A stretch of DNA of 64,000 nt from Veleropilina oligotropha (Eukaryota): contig JBEUKZ010000008.1 of NCBI GenBank assembly GCA_048128005.1, forward strand, positions 496,001 to 560,000, in the 5' to 3' direction. Positions within the stretch are counted from its first letter, which is position 1. The number at the start of each line of letters is the position of its first letter. Shown in pieces: positions 48,972 through 63,338 of this stretch. The notes beneath the pieces are model-generated. The model ran no database searches and was not told where the DNA came from. It was given only the letters and a program-made list of their open reading frames with translations. A program made the translations under genes and the position numbers.

Positions 48972-50259
48972 AAAACTGCAGCACAACGTTGGTGGGTTAA
49001 TGAAATTTTAGATGCCGCTGTCAACAAATATAACATGGGAAATGTTGCACCACAGGAAGATATATCGTTAATATTTTTCCTATGCAGTACAGCATCCAAC
49101 GGTACACCCATTCTGTCAACTTGTTTACTTGATGCTTACACACAGAATTAATCGACAAAATACTCCATCAACCATCAATGAATAATTATGTGATCATTTG
49201 AAAATGAAGACACATGTGCACAACCTACCTGACATAATTAAGTCCATGCAGATCGAGAGTCTATATTTCTATGACAACTAGTGTTATCTCCCGTAGAGTT
49301 ACACAGAGAGAGCAATAATAGTTATAATCTTTAACATTTAAAACATGAATGACGCGCGATTCTCGAGTTTCTATAAATATATATTTTGATGTACACAAAG
49401 CGGATGAAATAATGATAACAAATGCGATAATGAGCTCGTTATTACATCATTGTTATCACATTCACATTCATTATGTTATCACATTCACAACAATTGTGTA
49501 ATATGCCAGCCAAGCATGTCATAACACTTGACGACTATCAAGGTTTCAATTACAAAGATTGTTCTTGAAGCTGAAATGAGTTATCTCCCCTCATATTCAT
49601 CATGCCAGTGCAAACATCTAACAATTCTTTGTTTTAATACATGTTATTTATTTAATACAGAAAGTTGAAAATAATTCCATGTCGCATTTACACAGTGATT
49701 TGCTTTTTGCATATATCTCCTGGTGTCTACTGAGCACTTACCTGTGGATGGGCACGGCTCTTGCATCATTATCGAGACACAGGGGGACAGAAATTATGAG
49801 CATCACACTAAAAATAAAACATATAATTGGACAATCTAACCTCAGACCTCTGGCTTTGCAGTTCAACATCATGACAATATCAACAACTTAAAGACACTTT
49901 TCAAATTATGTGAACAGCAGGGAATTGCTCTAAATTTCACTTTACATTCATCATTTACAGCTATCCTTTCATTTTAGTGGTTGTATCTGTTTATCATATA
50001 TGATAACCAAATGTTCGCTATAATAAAAAGCCGAATATTTCACTATAATTAAAGCACATCATTTTTTAATGATATTAAATAGCAAATTACATAACTATTT
50101 GTACAATTATGTCTTAATGTCCATTTTTGAAGTGGCAAGTAAATCGTGATCAATATGTTTATTATAATAAATTATACATATTTAAGATTTTAAAATCAAT
50201 GGCCTCTTCTGATATTTGGATATTGGGGAAGCATAAATCATGATATATATATATATACG

Positions 50260-50512
50260 GCATTGCGCATGATTTTTCATTGTGTTTTATATCCCAATGT
50301 AACATCTGTGAGCATATTTGGGCATGTTGGAAGTGTCAATGGATATTATCGTGGGAGCGAGGCCGGATTATCCAGTGAAACCCACCAGCTCCAACCAGTT
50401 ATATGGACTATACTGCAACAAGCCAGTGAATCGAACCCAACCCTGAGATACAGTGCAGTCATGCAAGTGAATATAGAGACCCACTCTTATCCTCTTGACA
50501 ATCGGGCGGCCT
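50260..50512 (-). mobile_element. Degraded S1-like SINE
   Basis: GGCCGCCCG head, GGTTCGATTC B box and tattatcgtgggag body motif. Confidence 0.55.
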
Positions 50513-52281
50513 TAACAAATATATTATATTTATAAATTGTGTGCGTGTTGAAAACATGAGGAATATACCACAGCATGCATAATGTCACTGTGCTTACATA
50601 CACTCAAAATGCATATGACATTTGAATGTAATAAATTAAATAACTACTGTATATATATATAATATATATATATACATAATTATGCAGTAAATGGGTGTAT
50701 CTTAACCGTAAATATTTGAATTTGTCAAACGACACCGAAGCTACTGTTAACAATACCCGTCACTTTCTTCATAAATAGATCATGTGATATTACACGACAA
50801 AAGAAATCTGTACTTGTGACATTTCGATGAAATTCAAAACACAGTCTCACTTTTACCTGTCAGAAACAAGAATCCTAACACATCATTCAAGTTGGAAAAA
50901 TCCCTGCAAGTTTACTACTTCAAACACTTTTTGGTTAATCCACTCGAGTGTTGGTGTGTTCACGTCAATAATCCAATTCAAATGATATCGTTCCTTGGAC
51001 TTGTGGAACTTCCTCGCGCCCGATTGGACATGAACAATACCCATGGATCAAGAGCCATCGACACCCATAGTCGAGGAAACAAAGCCCGGAGCGGTGTTTA
51101 CTTGCAGGCCTGAGATACGCACGATGCCTTGTGTGTCCATCGATGAGGCATGACGAGAATAATGCAGGGCTACTACCGGGAGATGATCTGCGCCCTCTGC
51201 TATTATCTATTTGTCAAGAAGACTTGAAATCTGATTTAAGAGGTATTCACAATTGCTTGACAACAAATAAAGAGTTATAAAATCTGAATAATGCTCCGAA
51301 ATCTACTTTAATACTGTCTCGACATGGACGGTTCATTATTTAAATTCATTTTGTCTCATATCTTCCTAGCTTGGTCAATGAAAGGAGGTCGATTATCAAT
51401 ACTATTTAATTTTGAATGTTCAAATGTTGTTTGTAATGGCAAATACAAAGACGAAATTAAATATTTCTTGTGAAAATCGAATAATCATATTGTTCATATT
51501 TCCAATGATAACCTTTCAATTATTTTTGGGACAACGTTGTTTTCATGCGGTGGACATTTTGTCAGCTTATTCTGTATGTGTCATTCAAGCACAAACTGGC
51601 TGAGAAATTATATATATATTGACATTACTCTACGACTATAGTTTGTGGATAAAAAAAATTAAAAAAATTATGTTTCTTCAACCAATAGTGGTTCAACTTG
51701 CTGGTTCTGATGCAGACTTTGAATTGAAGGTCAATGATCCAAACCACATATAATATATACACCTTGGTTATGTTCTCATTGATGATGAGACTTAATCATC
51801 GATTAATTTGATGATCTCTACAAAATGTCTATAACTTATTTATATTTACAATATATTCGACTGTAAATTAAATGTTAACTGTAGTAAATGTTTTTAGAAT
51901 ACATTGGATTTCGGATATTAAATGATTGTAGTGCATTCAAAATTTACCACAATCCCAGTTTTATTAAATAATCATTCTAAAGCTTCAAAAATATCTGAGT
52001 AAACAGGATTGCCTACAGCGTACCTGGAGCTTGATTAGATAATCTGCATTGCTGGTGGCTAATGGGCCCAGACGGCTGTCACCGTCAGTAAATCAGCTGC
52101 ATGTCACCCAACGGCCCCTCGGGAGGATGGGCGTGGTCAGCCATTGGATAAGAAGCTAAGTAGCAGATTCATGGTGGATAGACCAAACCTGATTATGCAA
52201 TTTTTCTGAATTACATTTTAGGCAAAGTTAATGAAGCGGGAAATACCTACATCTTACGGTTAGCTGTGTGTGGTGAATTTA

Positions 52282-52700
52282 ACAAGAACGACGCGTTCGA
52301 AATATGTCTTGACCTTTCTTTATCTCCCTCAAATTTTCTGCTTAACAGACGACATCAATAAATAGAGCCAACACCAAAGCATATGAATGTAAAAAAGTGC
52401 GTTCAGCAACCCAGGTGCACTCATTGGAACAACGAAAATTAAATGCATTATTTATATTAAATTTAATTCAATATCACTACCCGAGTAACAGCTAGGTGAC
52501 ATCAATATGACCAACACATCAAAGCAGAAGTTATGCAAACAAGCGCCTTGAGCAACAAGCATGCACTCATTGAAAATACTTTAAATTGCTACGTTCAAAA
52601 ACACAAATTTCATGCACTATTATTATTAAATTAAATTCAGTATTGATCATTCTCTGAGTAACAGGTAGCATTAATATAGTCAACATCAAAGCATATGATT
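52282..52700 (-). mobile_element. HINE family 3 end with degenerate internal repeats
   Basis: The first ~55 bp are nearly identical to 35723-35778. Confidence 0.6.
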
Positions 52701-52955
52701 TATTTGTACATTTGTATATATATATTATTTATTTATTTATGTATTATTGAAGTAAATAGAGAAGGCCTCAGGGAAGAATAGTATTATACTAATTGAGTTA
52801 CCTTCTATAAATAAATCATTATTATTATTATTAAGAGGGCTGCCAGGGTTATTTTAGAGGCAAATTATGAAGTTTCAAGCATCGAGTTATTTAAAACCTT
52901 AGGCTACCTCTTTATTACAGAAAAAAATCAAATGAACAAGGCCATCCTAATGTGT

Positions 52956-53759
52956 ACAAGAGCCCGTTAGAAAACGGATTCATCCCCCACCTTCTGCAAT
53001 CACTCTGATATAAACTTGAACCAAAATTTCTATGCCCCAACACATCAAGTTTCTTCAATATTTATACAAAATAATATTCAATGTCATTGCTAGAATAAAA
53101 GGTGGTATCAATATAAGCATCACCAAAGAATATGTAATGTATGCAATAATGGCACAGAACGGAAATTCACTCAACTTTAATAAAAATTTCTATGTCCACA
53201 AACACTAATTTCACATGTTATTTATATTATAAATCACTTGCAGATGAGGGAGCAGCATCAATATAGTCAACACTACAGTATATGGATGTAAAACAGTGCC
53301 TAGAACAACCCATATGCCCATTGAAAAATTTAAACAAAACTTCAACCAAAATTTCCCCACAAACACCTATTTTTATGCAATAATTATATTAAAATTAATT
53401 CAGCATCACTTCCATAGTATCAGTTGACATTCATATTATCAATACCAAAGCATATATACACCAAAATGTTGTTTCAACAACCCATATACACTCAATGAAA
53501 AGCTTTAACCAGAAACTTTAACCAAAAACACCTACATTTATGCAATATTAAATTTTATTCAATCTCACTTCCAGAGTACCAGGTGTCATCCATATAATGC
53601 CTACAAAAGCATATATATGCCAAAAGGTAACATGGGCAAGCTATATACACTCAATTCAAAACTTTAACCAAATTGTTTACGGACGTACGGATGCCAGCCG
53701 GACGGACGGATGCCGGACATGGCAACAACACTATCCCCGTTACCTTCGGACGGGGGCTA
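52956..53759 (-). mobile_element. HINE family 2
   Basis: Colinear with 16469-17555 but lacking the SINE. Confidence 0.85.
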
Positions 53760-53769
53760 AAAACGATAA

Positions 53770-54258
53770 ACAAATTAAGTCCAATTTATATCCAGAATTC
53801 TTTCACTTATATAAATGAAGTTAGCAGTAAGCAAACTCGGTCAATAACGTCCAAAAATTTATATCTACCCAAGCCAGTTACATAATCTTTAAAACAGACC
53901 TTTAAATATTCTGAGGCTCAAATTTGGAATGACCTTCCATATACCGTGCAAAAATCAAACGATGTAGCTTGTTTCAAGTGACTAATGAAACAACATATAA
54001 TGTCCATGCATGGACACAAGAAGGCACTAATTATTTTTGGTATCAGACTGGTATTTTATGATATATTTTGACGCAATTGCTGTTTGTTTTGTTTTTCGTT
54101 TGTTTTTTATATGGTAAGTCGATCACTTCTGATGCTGTTCTGTAAATTATATGTACATTTTTATTAATTTAAATGTTAGAAAATATTAGGGCCTCAGGGA
54201 AGATTGGTAACTGCATTACTAACTGTTCTCCCTCAATAAATCAAGATTTATTATTATT
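53770..54258 (+). mobile_element. 5'-truncated CR1/L2-group LINE 3' end
   Basis: TFKYSEAQIWNDLP...FK resembles an ORF2 C-terminus; followed by AATAAA and an (ATT)n tail; a related tail lies at about 52760-52832. Confidence 0.6.
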
Positions 54259-55451
54259 GATAAACTTATATGCATGCACTCCAAAACCACCCATTTAAAA
54301 TATGAATTAATTATATTATGTACCGGTATATTTTATTCAATATCACTGCTAGAGAATCAAGTGAAATCAATATAAGCAATATCAAATCATGCATTTGCCA
54401 AAACATCTTTTGAACAACTCGAATACTTCAATAAAATGACCAAAAAAACTTTAACCAAAGTTTCTATGTCCAAAAATACCAATTTTATGCATTAATTATT
54501 AGTAATTACAACATTTATTCAATATCACTGCCTCAGTAACACAATTTGATCACCTGGAGCAAACCCCTTAAAATAACATCCAAAAACATCACTTACATGC
54601 AATATTCCCAGAAATAAGCCAAGTTTCAATATCTCTCAAATGAGCTTGTATATATATGAAGGAAGGGAGACAACTTTTCTCATAATAATATTATCAATCC
54701 ATTAATCCATCAAACTCGGTTGATCTGTTTACTCATTCGTCTCCAAGTGCAATCCGCTTATTTTATATGTGCTACGTTCGAGTTAATTCTGTGATATCCC
54801 AGATTGAATATCAACAAAGAAAGTTTCCATCTTGTGTTTTGTAATGGAAGTTTCCTCGTGCAAGTCATGATTTACTGGCTCCCCTGATATATACCCGGTA
54901 CATCTCATTCTGTGTGTTGGCAGAGAATGGTTGATGATCCATAATAATATATGATCAGTGTTCGCTTCTCAGGTGCGTCAAGCTAGGTATTTGAATTCAA
55001 TTCCCGGATGTGCAGAGAATTCACACTCTCCATTGCACACATTGTCCATATATCGGATAGAGCCGTTCATATAAATTTGTTTATTTTGCCAATGAAGTGA
55101 TTTGAAAATCATTCATGCAGCTTCTTCACTGGTCTTGGATTTGAGACCATACATTAGCTTGGGTATATCCAGGGGGTGATCCAGTGTGTGTGAACGACAC
55201 CCCCTCTCCTCCTCACCCTTTATTTGTGGCAGAATTTGGTAGCATATTTCATGGAATATTGCAAATTGGGACTTTTTACATGTAAAAAGTGGGGACAATG
55301 GTTCATAGATGTTAATAAATGACATCACATTTGCACTGCAAGATCGAAAATTTCCTATCGTTGATAGTACATTTTGAGTCGATGGCCTGCTTATAAAAAT
55401 TCCTGTCTACACATGATTGGATTATTGAATATTATATGAGGAGTGTTTTAA

Positions 55452-56078
55452 AGATGTATTGCCCCTAAGTAGCGAAAAACGCTTTTAATTTTAAACCTTA
55501 GACCGCAAACATATTTTTGCCAGTTGGCTAAAGTTAGAAACTTTGCAATTTTTCCAAATAATTCTATAGACGGAGTCCCTGAAGTCCTACGAATTAAAAG
55601 TAAAAAATAATAAAACCGGGTCCGCTTTTATTATTTGGGTGACGGACGTTCGTCGAAGTGAATTTCATGAAGTTGGGCACTGTCGAAGTTAACTTGGGCA
55701 TTGTGGACAATTGAGCTGCAAATTTATCACTAATTAACTACTTTACAACTGTCACATCGCATGCAAATTCGATCAATTAATTATTAGTATTTGACAAAGC
55801 ATCTGCATGTTTCGATAAAAAGTATACTTGAAAATGGACGAGTCGTCTCATTCGTCGATTTCCGAATTCCACGAAATGCACGCATCCTTGGTAATTTCAA
55901 TGGCGGAAAGATCAAAAGAGTTCAGTGACGAGCACCGATTTTAGCAGTGATTTTATATTATAAAACAACAAACAATGTAGATTCTTTCACTCTGAATCAT
56001 CAAAACTTTGTATAACATCTACATATAGGTAAGTAAGGCATTTGAGAGCATTATGTCATAATTACAGGCAATACATCT
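55452..56078. mobile_element. Non-autonomous TTAA-flanked DNA transposon (Kolobok-like)
   Basis: TTAA|AGATGTATTGCC ... GGCAATACATCT|TTAA. Confidence 0.82.
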
Positions 56079-56633
56079 TTAAGTGTTACATGTATCTTTA
56101 TTTTCTGATGTTTTGGATTCATAACATTTGTAACACATTTAAAGCTTTTAGGTGTTGGTCTTTTCAAAATTTTCCATTATTAATCCTGGCAACTTTTGGC
56201 CATATATTGCTCAAATAACCAATAACAAACAACTAACACGACTAAAGTTACATATTTATTGAAGTAATTTTCAAAAATAATATGACATTGTCTTTTCTCC
56301 CTCAAATAATCTTACAGATGTAATTGTTCGTTAGCTCCATCTCAAAAGAGAGTTTTGTGCATAGAAAACACCCAAATATGTATCTAATATGGAAATTTCA
56401 CATTAAAACAGGCGCAAAAGAAAGTATATATCATGATAGGACAACATAATATATGATTTTCCCATCAAAATAACATTTTATAATTGAAGAGCCTATTGGC
56501 AGAAGTGTATTTCTAGAGATATCGCCATTTTAGTGTTTGTTTTTCCACATTACAGAGGTTGTTTCCATGTTACTGTGCATTGATTGTATTTCACTTAAGC
56601 AAGTTTTCTATGGCATAGATTGTTTCTATAGGT

Positions 56634-56896
56634 GGAGGAGGAGGAATTATGCTTAATGTCCTGTATATTTATAACATCGAGGTTCAAGGCAGGACATGTC
56701 CGTGTTATCGCGGGAGGAAACCCCGGTTGCCGGGTAAACCCGCCCTCTTCGGCCAGTCACGGACAACTGTGCTTCATAACTTGAACAAATGTGTGCTGCC
56801 TCAGCCGGGGGTCGATCCCACTACTGTTCGCGTCAGCGGAAACAAGCCAGTGAATTTAGAGTGGACACTCTACCCACTGCGCTACCGAAGCGGCCC
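56634..56896 (-). mobile_element. tRNA-derived SINE family S1 (young)
   Basis: TSD GTTTCTATAGGT (56622-56633, 56897-56908), (CCT)n tail, A box TAGCGCAGTGG. Confidence 0.93.
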
Positions 56897-57028
56897 GTTT
56901 CTATAGGTAAAGGACACATAGTCTGGCAAATTATCATAGTAATAATATGCAATATTCCAAAAATGTGACTTAAGCACTTTTTCCACTAGGATCTCCAATT
57001 GGTCTACCTACGATGTACCAAAGATTAA

Positions 57029-58311
57029 AGTTGCATTGCCCATATTAAGTAGCCAAAAACGCTTTTAATTTTTTAAACCCTAGACCGAAAATTTATTTTT
57101 GCCAATTTGCCAAAGTTAGAAAATTAGAAATTTAAAAAAAAAAATGCGTATAGACGGCGTCCCTGCATCGGCTACGAATTTTAAAATAAACAAGTACCAC
57201 GGTCCGATATGTCTCGCCCTTTAAATATATATATATCAATGTATCATAAAATTCCATTCAATGAAAAACTTTAACCGAAAATGACACGACGCCGACGACG
57301 CCGCCGGAAAATGTAATCCCTAAGTCTCGCTTTCCCTTCGGGGCGAGACAAAAATAATTGAACTGGGTCCAGTTTTGTTATTGAAGTGACAGACGTTTCA
57401 TCGAAGGAAATTCATCAAGTTGGGCACTGTCGAAATGAAAGTTAACTTATATGGGCTGCTCAATTTTTTCAATACTGTCACATCGCATGCAACTTAGATA
57501 AATAAATTATTCATATTTGAGGTAGCTTCGGAATGTTTTGATAAAAAGTCTACTCGAAAATGGACAGATATAATGGTATAAACTATAATGGCAGATATAT
57601 ATTATATTGAACGATTTCAGCAGTGATTTGGAGAAGGTATTGCAATTGGGTTGGTTTATCTGTCTGTCCGTGAGCATATCTCATAACATCAATTTACCCG
57701 ATTTACTCAAGTTTTGTATAGTGTCCACCCTACGCTCGGTCCTCCGCAAAGATGATCCGAATCGGAAAGCGGATTCGGATTTTATGATGCAATTTCCGGT
57801 TTGCGCGATGACTGTCTGCGAGCATATCTTGAAAGCTCAGTCCTCCTTAAAGATGATCCGGATGTTATGACGCAATTTCCGGATCTAACACTAGAACGCT
57901 TCGCCGTATAGTACAAATCAACACCGTTCAAATTAAGCTCTAAATGTTCTGTATTCACAGAGATTTCTAGCTTTCATCATTCTTTGCCACAGGTGACAGG
58001 GGCAAACGTTAGCAAGGGGGGTGAAGGTTTGCAGGTGGGCGAATGTTTGCAGGTGGGCGAAGGTTTGCAAGTGGGCGAATATTTGAATGTAGGGCGAGTG
58101 TTTGACGGTAGGGCGAAGGTTTGACGGTAGGGCAAAGGTTTGCAGGTGAGGCAAAGGTTTGCAATCTCGGATTGGCTTGTTTATTGGTAATAAAACAGCA
58201 AAACAATGTAGGTTCTTCAATTTGAATTATCCAAACTTTTTATAGCATCCACATATAAATGCATGTAATTAAGTGCATTGCCATTATGCGATAATTACGG
58301 GCAATTCAACA
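57029..58311. mobile_element. Second Kolobok-like element with nested insertions
   Basis: TTAA|AGTTGCATTGCCC ... GGGCAATTCAAC; colinear with 55452-56078; contains a mini-HINE at about 57189-57352 and an 18-bp array. Confidence 0.7.
57998..58164. repeat. 18-bp tandem repeat
   Basis: About 8-9 units resembling GGGCGAAGGTTTGCAGGT. Confidence 0.85.
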
Positions 58312-59329
58312 TTTTGCTATGAATTTCGGAAAAAGAGGTGCATGCCTCGATTTGTCGCCAATTAAGTTCCAAAGTCTACTTTACATGCACTCTCATACAC
58401 AAACATATCTTACTTTTAGTATGGTATTTTATACTTATGACTGTTTTTGCATGACAACCCTTCCAGCATTTCTTACGAGCACGTGTTAGTTATACGTACT
58501 GACTTCACTTTCGTCTCCAAATAAAAATGGTCTGTCAAAAAGATCCAAGTTCGGCAAGATTCGGGTTTTCTCGGAAATCATCCGAATGAGCGACACCATC
58601 AATACAAGCTTATTACTAGTATAATAATTATATCTATCGACACTTCCTCAAATTATTAGGCGGTTTTAGAACAAAAGTAATGAAATAAAACTCATTCTAA
58701 GAATTTTAGTTTTAAACGAAATAATTAATTAAAGTTTATAATAAAAAAATTACATTCCTGCAAAATGAGTCTTCAATTTGTTTTCAAGAGCGGTCGATCA
58801 GGCATGTGGTTGGTCATAAAAACGCCAGACAGATCTGTGAAAGCGAACTTTAATTATAATTTAGGGATTGCAAATTGCAAGAGGATCATGTTTTGTTGAA
58901 CGTACACAGATGACATCACAAATCCAGACCCCCCCCCCCCCCCCCCCCCCCCTTGTCCTCCGGCGAAGACGGGAGACAAGGGGATTTGAATTTGTTTTTC
59001 GATCAGGTATAAAGTTGTATTGGAACTTTAAAGTAACTACTCAACCGCACAATATAGACTACAAATGGCATACGTTTATATTATAATATTAAAAACATCA
59101 TGTAAACTTAAAAGTTTGGTTATCCAATTGATTAATACTGTGATATTTCAAGTCAAGATATAATCCGCCACCACCCCACCCCCACTTTGAAAATGGCTCC
59201 GCCGCCAATAATCGATCTGGTACGGCTGACATAGATCTCTTAGATTAGCCTGTTGTGCGTCCATGTTGTTCTTTGACTTAAATAAAAGTACCAATAGTAT
59301 ACCATAATTGTGTCCCTCAATCGACATAT

Positions 59330-60260
59330 ATGAGCCCGTGTAAATTACAGAGAACAGAGGGAGGAGAAGCAAGTCCATGCAGAATGGAAAGAGGGTTACC
59401 TCATAAAGGTGCCAAAACGGCGACCTCAGCACATGCTCCAACTACAGAAGGAAAACGCTGCTGTCTATCCCAGACACACTATTCAACAGAGTCCTGCTCC
59501 AAAATCAACGGGCTAGCTTCGTAGGGATAGATCCTGCACCGATAATCAGGTAGCACATCATATTGGAGCAATCGCTGGAGTGTAACCCTTCACTCATTGT
59601 TCGTTGAGTATGAAAAGGCATCCAGCAATGTAGACAGACAGACCATCTGGGAGCTGATGAGACACTTGCCAAGAGAAGATCACAAACACCATCCGGAATT
59701 CCCTTGAGGGGATGATCTGCAGGGTGGTCCATGACCGCAACTCACCGTTAGATTCAAGTAAAGACGGGAGTGATTCAATGATGTTAATTTTCCTCCTACT
59801 CGTAATAGAATGAGTAGCGAAGAGAAATGACATCCAATGGACGCTCTGGACACAACCTTGGCTTTTCTGACGATATGACCTTCCTCTCTCACATCCAACA
59901 ACAGATGCAAGAATATAGCAGCATTGTAGCGAAAAACTCAACTCGTCTGCGTCTCAACATCCATAGATGGAAGAGCAAGGTCTTCCAAATCGTTGCAGCA
60001 AATAAAGCACCCATCATGCTGGAAGATGGGGTGCTAGATGTGGAGAGCTTCACATATCTTGACAGTATCATTGACAAGCAAGGTGGTACAGATGTTGACG
60101 TTAAAATACGAATTGACAAAGCAAGACCTGCTTCCCATCAGCTGGAGAACGTCTGGAGATCCACTATTCTGACAACAAACATCAAGATCAGGATCGTCAA
60201 CACCGTTAAGCCTGTTTTGCTTTATGGAACCAGGTTGTGGAGAACCAATGTATCTGCCAT
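59330..60260 (+). pseudogene. Degraded RTE-clade LINE reverse transcriptase, 5' part
   Basis: EWKEGYLIKVPK, CSNYR, LGFSDD, VESFTYLDS..DVKIRIDKAR and VKPVLLYG motifs across frameshifts. Confidence 0.85.
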
Positions 60261-62580
60261 GAATCTGAATCTGAATCTGAAATAATACGACGAAGTAACC
60301 ACTTTTGGCTTTTACTCGTCGGGGTGTGTGCGCATGCAGTTATTAAATGTTGGATGATAACGTAGTTTTGAAACACTCAACAGATCTTGAGTTCACTATA
60401 CTATCGCTAAGTTTATTCCAATCTAGGGCTGATTTCACAAAGAAGGAGTTTTTAAAGCCTTCGGTCTTGGCATGTATTTGTTGGTAGCACTTTGTATTGT
60501 TGTTCACTGAGTTTTCGACAATGTTTTTGTGAATATAGTTCTCGTACTTTTTATCCCTAATAGTTCGCGTTGGTGGAAGAGGTTGCAGATAGTGTTCGAT
60601 GTTGATGGCCAGTACGTGCCCTTCCACCATCTTGTACAGGAACGTCAGCCTCTGGTGTCGTCGTCTCTCCTGTAGAGTGGTAAGGTCCAGGTCCTTCAGC
60701 ATAGCGGTTACACACCCGTCTTGTCTGGATTTGTAGTCCCTGGTGATGAAGCGTGCTGCAGATCGTTGAACACGTTCTAGCCTGTCGATATCGCCTTGCT
60801 GATATGGATCCCACACGATACTCCCGTATTCCAGCTTGGATCGGATGAGCGCTAGATAGGCATTTTTCCGGCAGCTTTGGGGGGCATGTCTGAGGTTTCT
60901 TCTCAGGAAGCCTAGCGTACAGTTTGCTCGTTTTGCGGTGTTTGTGGTGTGTGTTTTCCATTTCAGATCTTCAGAGAATATAATGCCTAAATAGGGGTTT
61001 CCTGGACTTGTTTTAGAATTTCACTTTCTATCGTATAAAAGAAAGATGACTTGGATTTGGTGCTAAGTAGATGGCATTTCTTGGTGTTGAACTTCATTCC
61101 CCATTCATATACCCATTTTTGAGGTTTTCTAGGTCTTCTTGTAGGATTTGATGATCTTTAATAGAGTTGATGGCTCTGTACAGGAGTTTGCGAAGAGTTT
61201 GATGTGCGACTTCTGGCAGGTCATTGATATGACAAAGAAACAGCAAGAGGCCAAGCACCGTGCCTTGTGGTACTCCGGATCCTACTTCAACCTGGCGGGA
61301 TTGTTCACGTTCCACGACTACACACATCTCCCGTTGGGTCAGGAAGCTGGCAATCCATTTGAGTATAGGGCCGCGAATACCGTAACTTTCAAGCTTCAGA
61401 AGGAGTCGTTGATGAGGCACGGTGTCGAACGCCTTGCTGAAATCCAGTATCATGGTGTCAACTTGTTTGTTGTTGTCGTTGTATGATAGCATATCATGGG
61501 CTGTGATGACAAGTTGGGTCTCGCAGGAGTATCCTGAACGGAAGCCGTAATTCAGCGATGTTAGTACTTTGTCATTGTCCAGGTGGTTCAGCATGTGATG
61601 GAATATTATATGTTCGAGTACCTTGGATAGTACACAGGTGAGGGCTACTGGGTGGTAGTTCTCTGGAGTGTGGCGGTCCCCCTTTTTATAGACGGGCGCA
61701 ATGTTCGCGTCTCTCCAGACCTTGGGCAGCTCACCAGAATCCACTGATCGCTGGAAGATGGCTGTGATGGCTGGCGTTGCTTCGGAAGCACACGCCTGGG
61801 GGACTCTATTTGAGAGCTCATCTGCGCCGGCCGCTTTCCTGACGTTTATATTCTTTAGCAACTTCAGTACGCCTTCTTCCCCTATGTGTAGAAGGGAGAT
61901 GTCATCTTCAACGTGGTTGGTGAGTGGCGGTACTTGTTGGTTTGTGTCATCCTTGGTAAAAACTGAAGCGATACCAATGTTGTCCTCTTTCTTAGACTTG
62001 ATGTAGTTGTATAACGGTTTGGAGTTGTTGTTGAGGAGGCATTCATCAATGATGTTGTTTATGTGTGTCCATTCAGCTTTACGAATAAATTTCTTAGTTT
62101 CTCTTTGGAATTTTCTGTATTGAGTCCAGTTTTTAAATCGCTTTGCTTTTTTAAAGAGTCTTGCCTTGCGCTTGAGTTGGCGTTTGACATCTCTGGTGAT
62201 CCAAGGTGCGGAATTTTTCGAAGTTTTCATCTTTGATGGTATGTTGGATTGAATGGCGTAAGACAGTTTCGATTTGAAGGTATCACAGAGTTGGTGTACG
62301 CTTGCGTTGTTTCTAAAGAGATGAACAATATGTGATGAAATGTCAGCGATGTCAGTCTTCAGTTGGTCCTAGTTTGCCTTGGAGAATATAAAGCATCGTC
62401 TATAGGCTTTTGCTTGTCCGCGATGACAATGTCATGGTCCGATATACCTGGGGCATTAGCAGTTGATTTTATTAACGAAAGATTGGAAGTGAAGATGAGG
62501 TCAAGTAGGTTGTTTTCCCGGGTAGGCTTGTCGTGCACTTGCGTGAGGTTGTAGTCAGTGGACAGGTCTAGAAGGACCTG
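60261..62580 (-). mobile_element. 5'-truncated, decayed non-LTR retrotransposon (RTEX-like) with (CAGATT)n tail
   Basis: PTRENNLLDL...PGISDH (endonuclease end), DFSKAFD, SGVPQGTVLG and WDPYQ...LERVQRSAARF; frameshifts, and the YxDD region is lost. The clade is tentative. Confidence 0.88.
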
Positions 62581-62915
62581 TTGAAGAATCCAGAGATTCA
62601 ATACTTGTCTCAGAAGGATTCTTCGAATTCGCTGGTCAAGCAGAATCTGCAATGAAGAACTGTGGAAGCGAACAATACGACAACCTGCAGGAGAAGTGAA
62701 CCCTCAAAGACGATGGAGATGGATCGTCCATACGCCCCGTAAGCCTGCATCGTCTAAGGAAAACATGGCGCCTGGACCGGGAGGCAGACATGAAGAGGAC
62801 AGACCGCACTTGAAGACAACTGGAGCGACTGGTTCATGACCGAGATGGCTGGAGACCAATTGTTGGCGGCTTATGTCCAGTCCGGGCCAACAGGCGGAGA
62901 TGAGATGATGAGATT
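62581..62915 (+). pseudogene. Degraded RTE LINE, 3' part (continuation of 59330-60260)
   Basis: TCLRRILRIRW...NEELWKRT...RRWRWIVH..RKP, followed by a (GAGAT)-like tail. Confidence 0.82.
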
Positions 62916-63338
62916 TGCACACATAATTTTGTTTTTTCCAATGTGGCATAGGAATCCACGATGACTCCAATGTTTCGCACTGCATTCCTGCATATCGCCT
63001 GGTAACCACCAATTTCCGATGTTGGACAGTTAATGAGTTTTGACAGATTCTTTCAATTAAATGACAATAAATTTATTTTTGTGTTTACATCAACGCATCC
63101 ACGTAAGCACCAAGTTTACACAGGATTCCTTTTGATTGACGGTTGCTTCAATTTTCCTAGATTTCATATGGCAGAGTGTTCTTTGTCATCTGAACATAAA
63201 TGATGGCTGGTTTCAAACTCACGTATGAGGCGATCAGTATCAAGGTGAGCATTTAGCCTATTATGACATCACTAACATGAGTGCGTTAGAATCTCGGTTA
63301 GGTCAATGACCCGGTGTAACATCTATAGATTTCCAATA

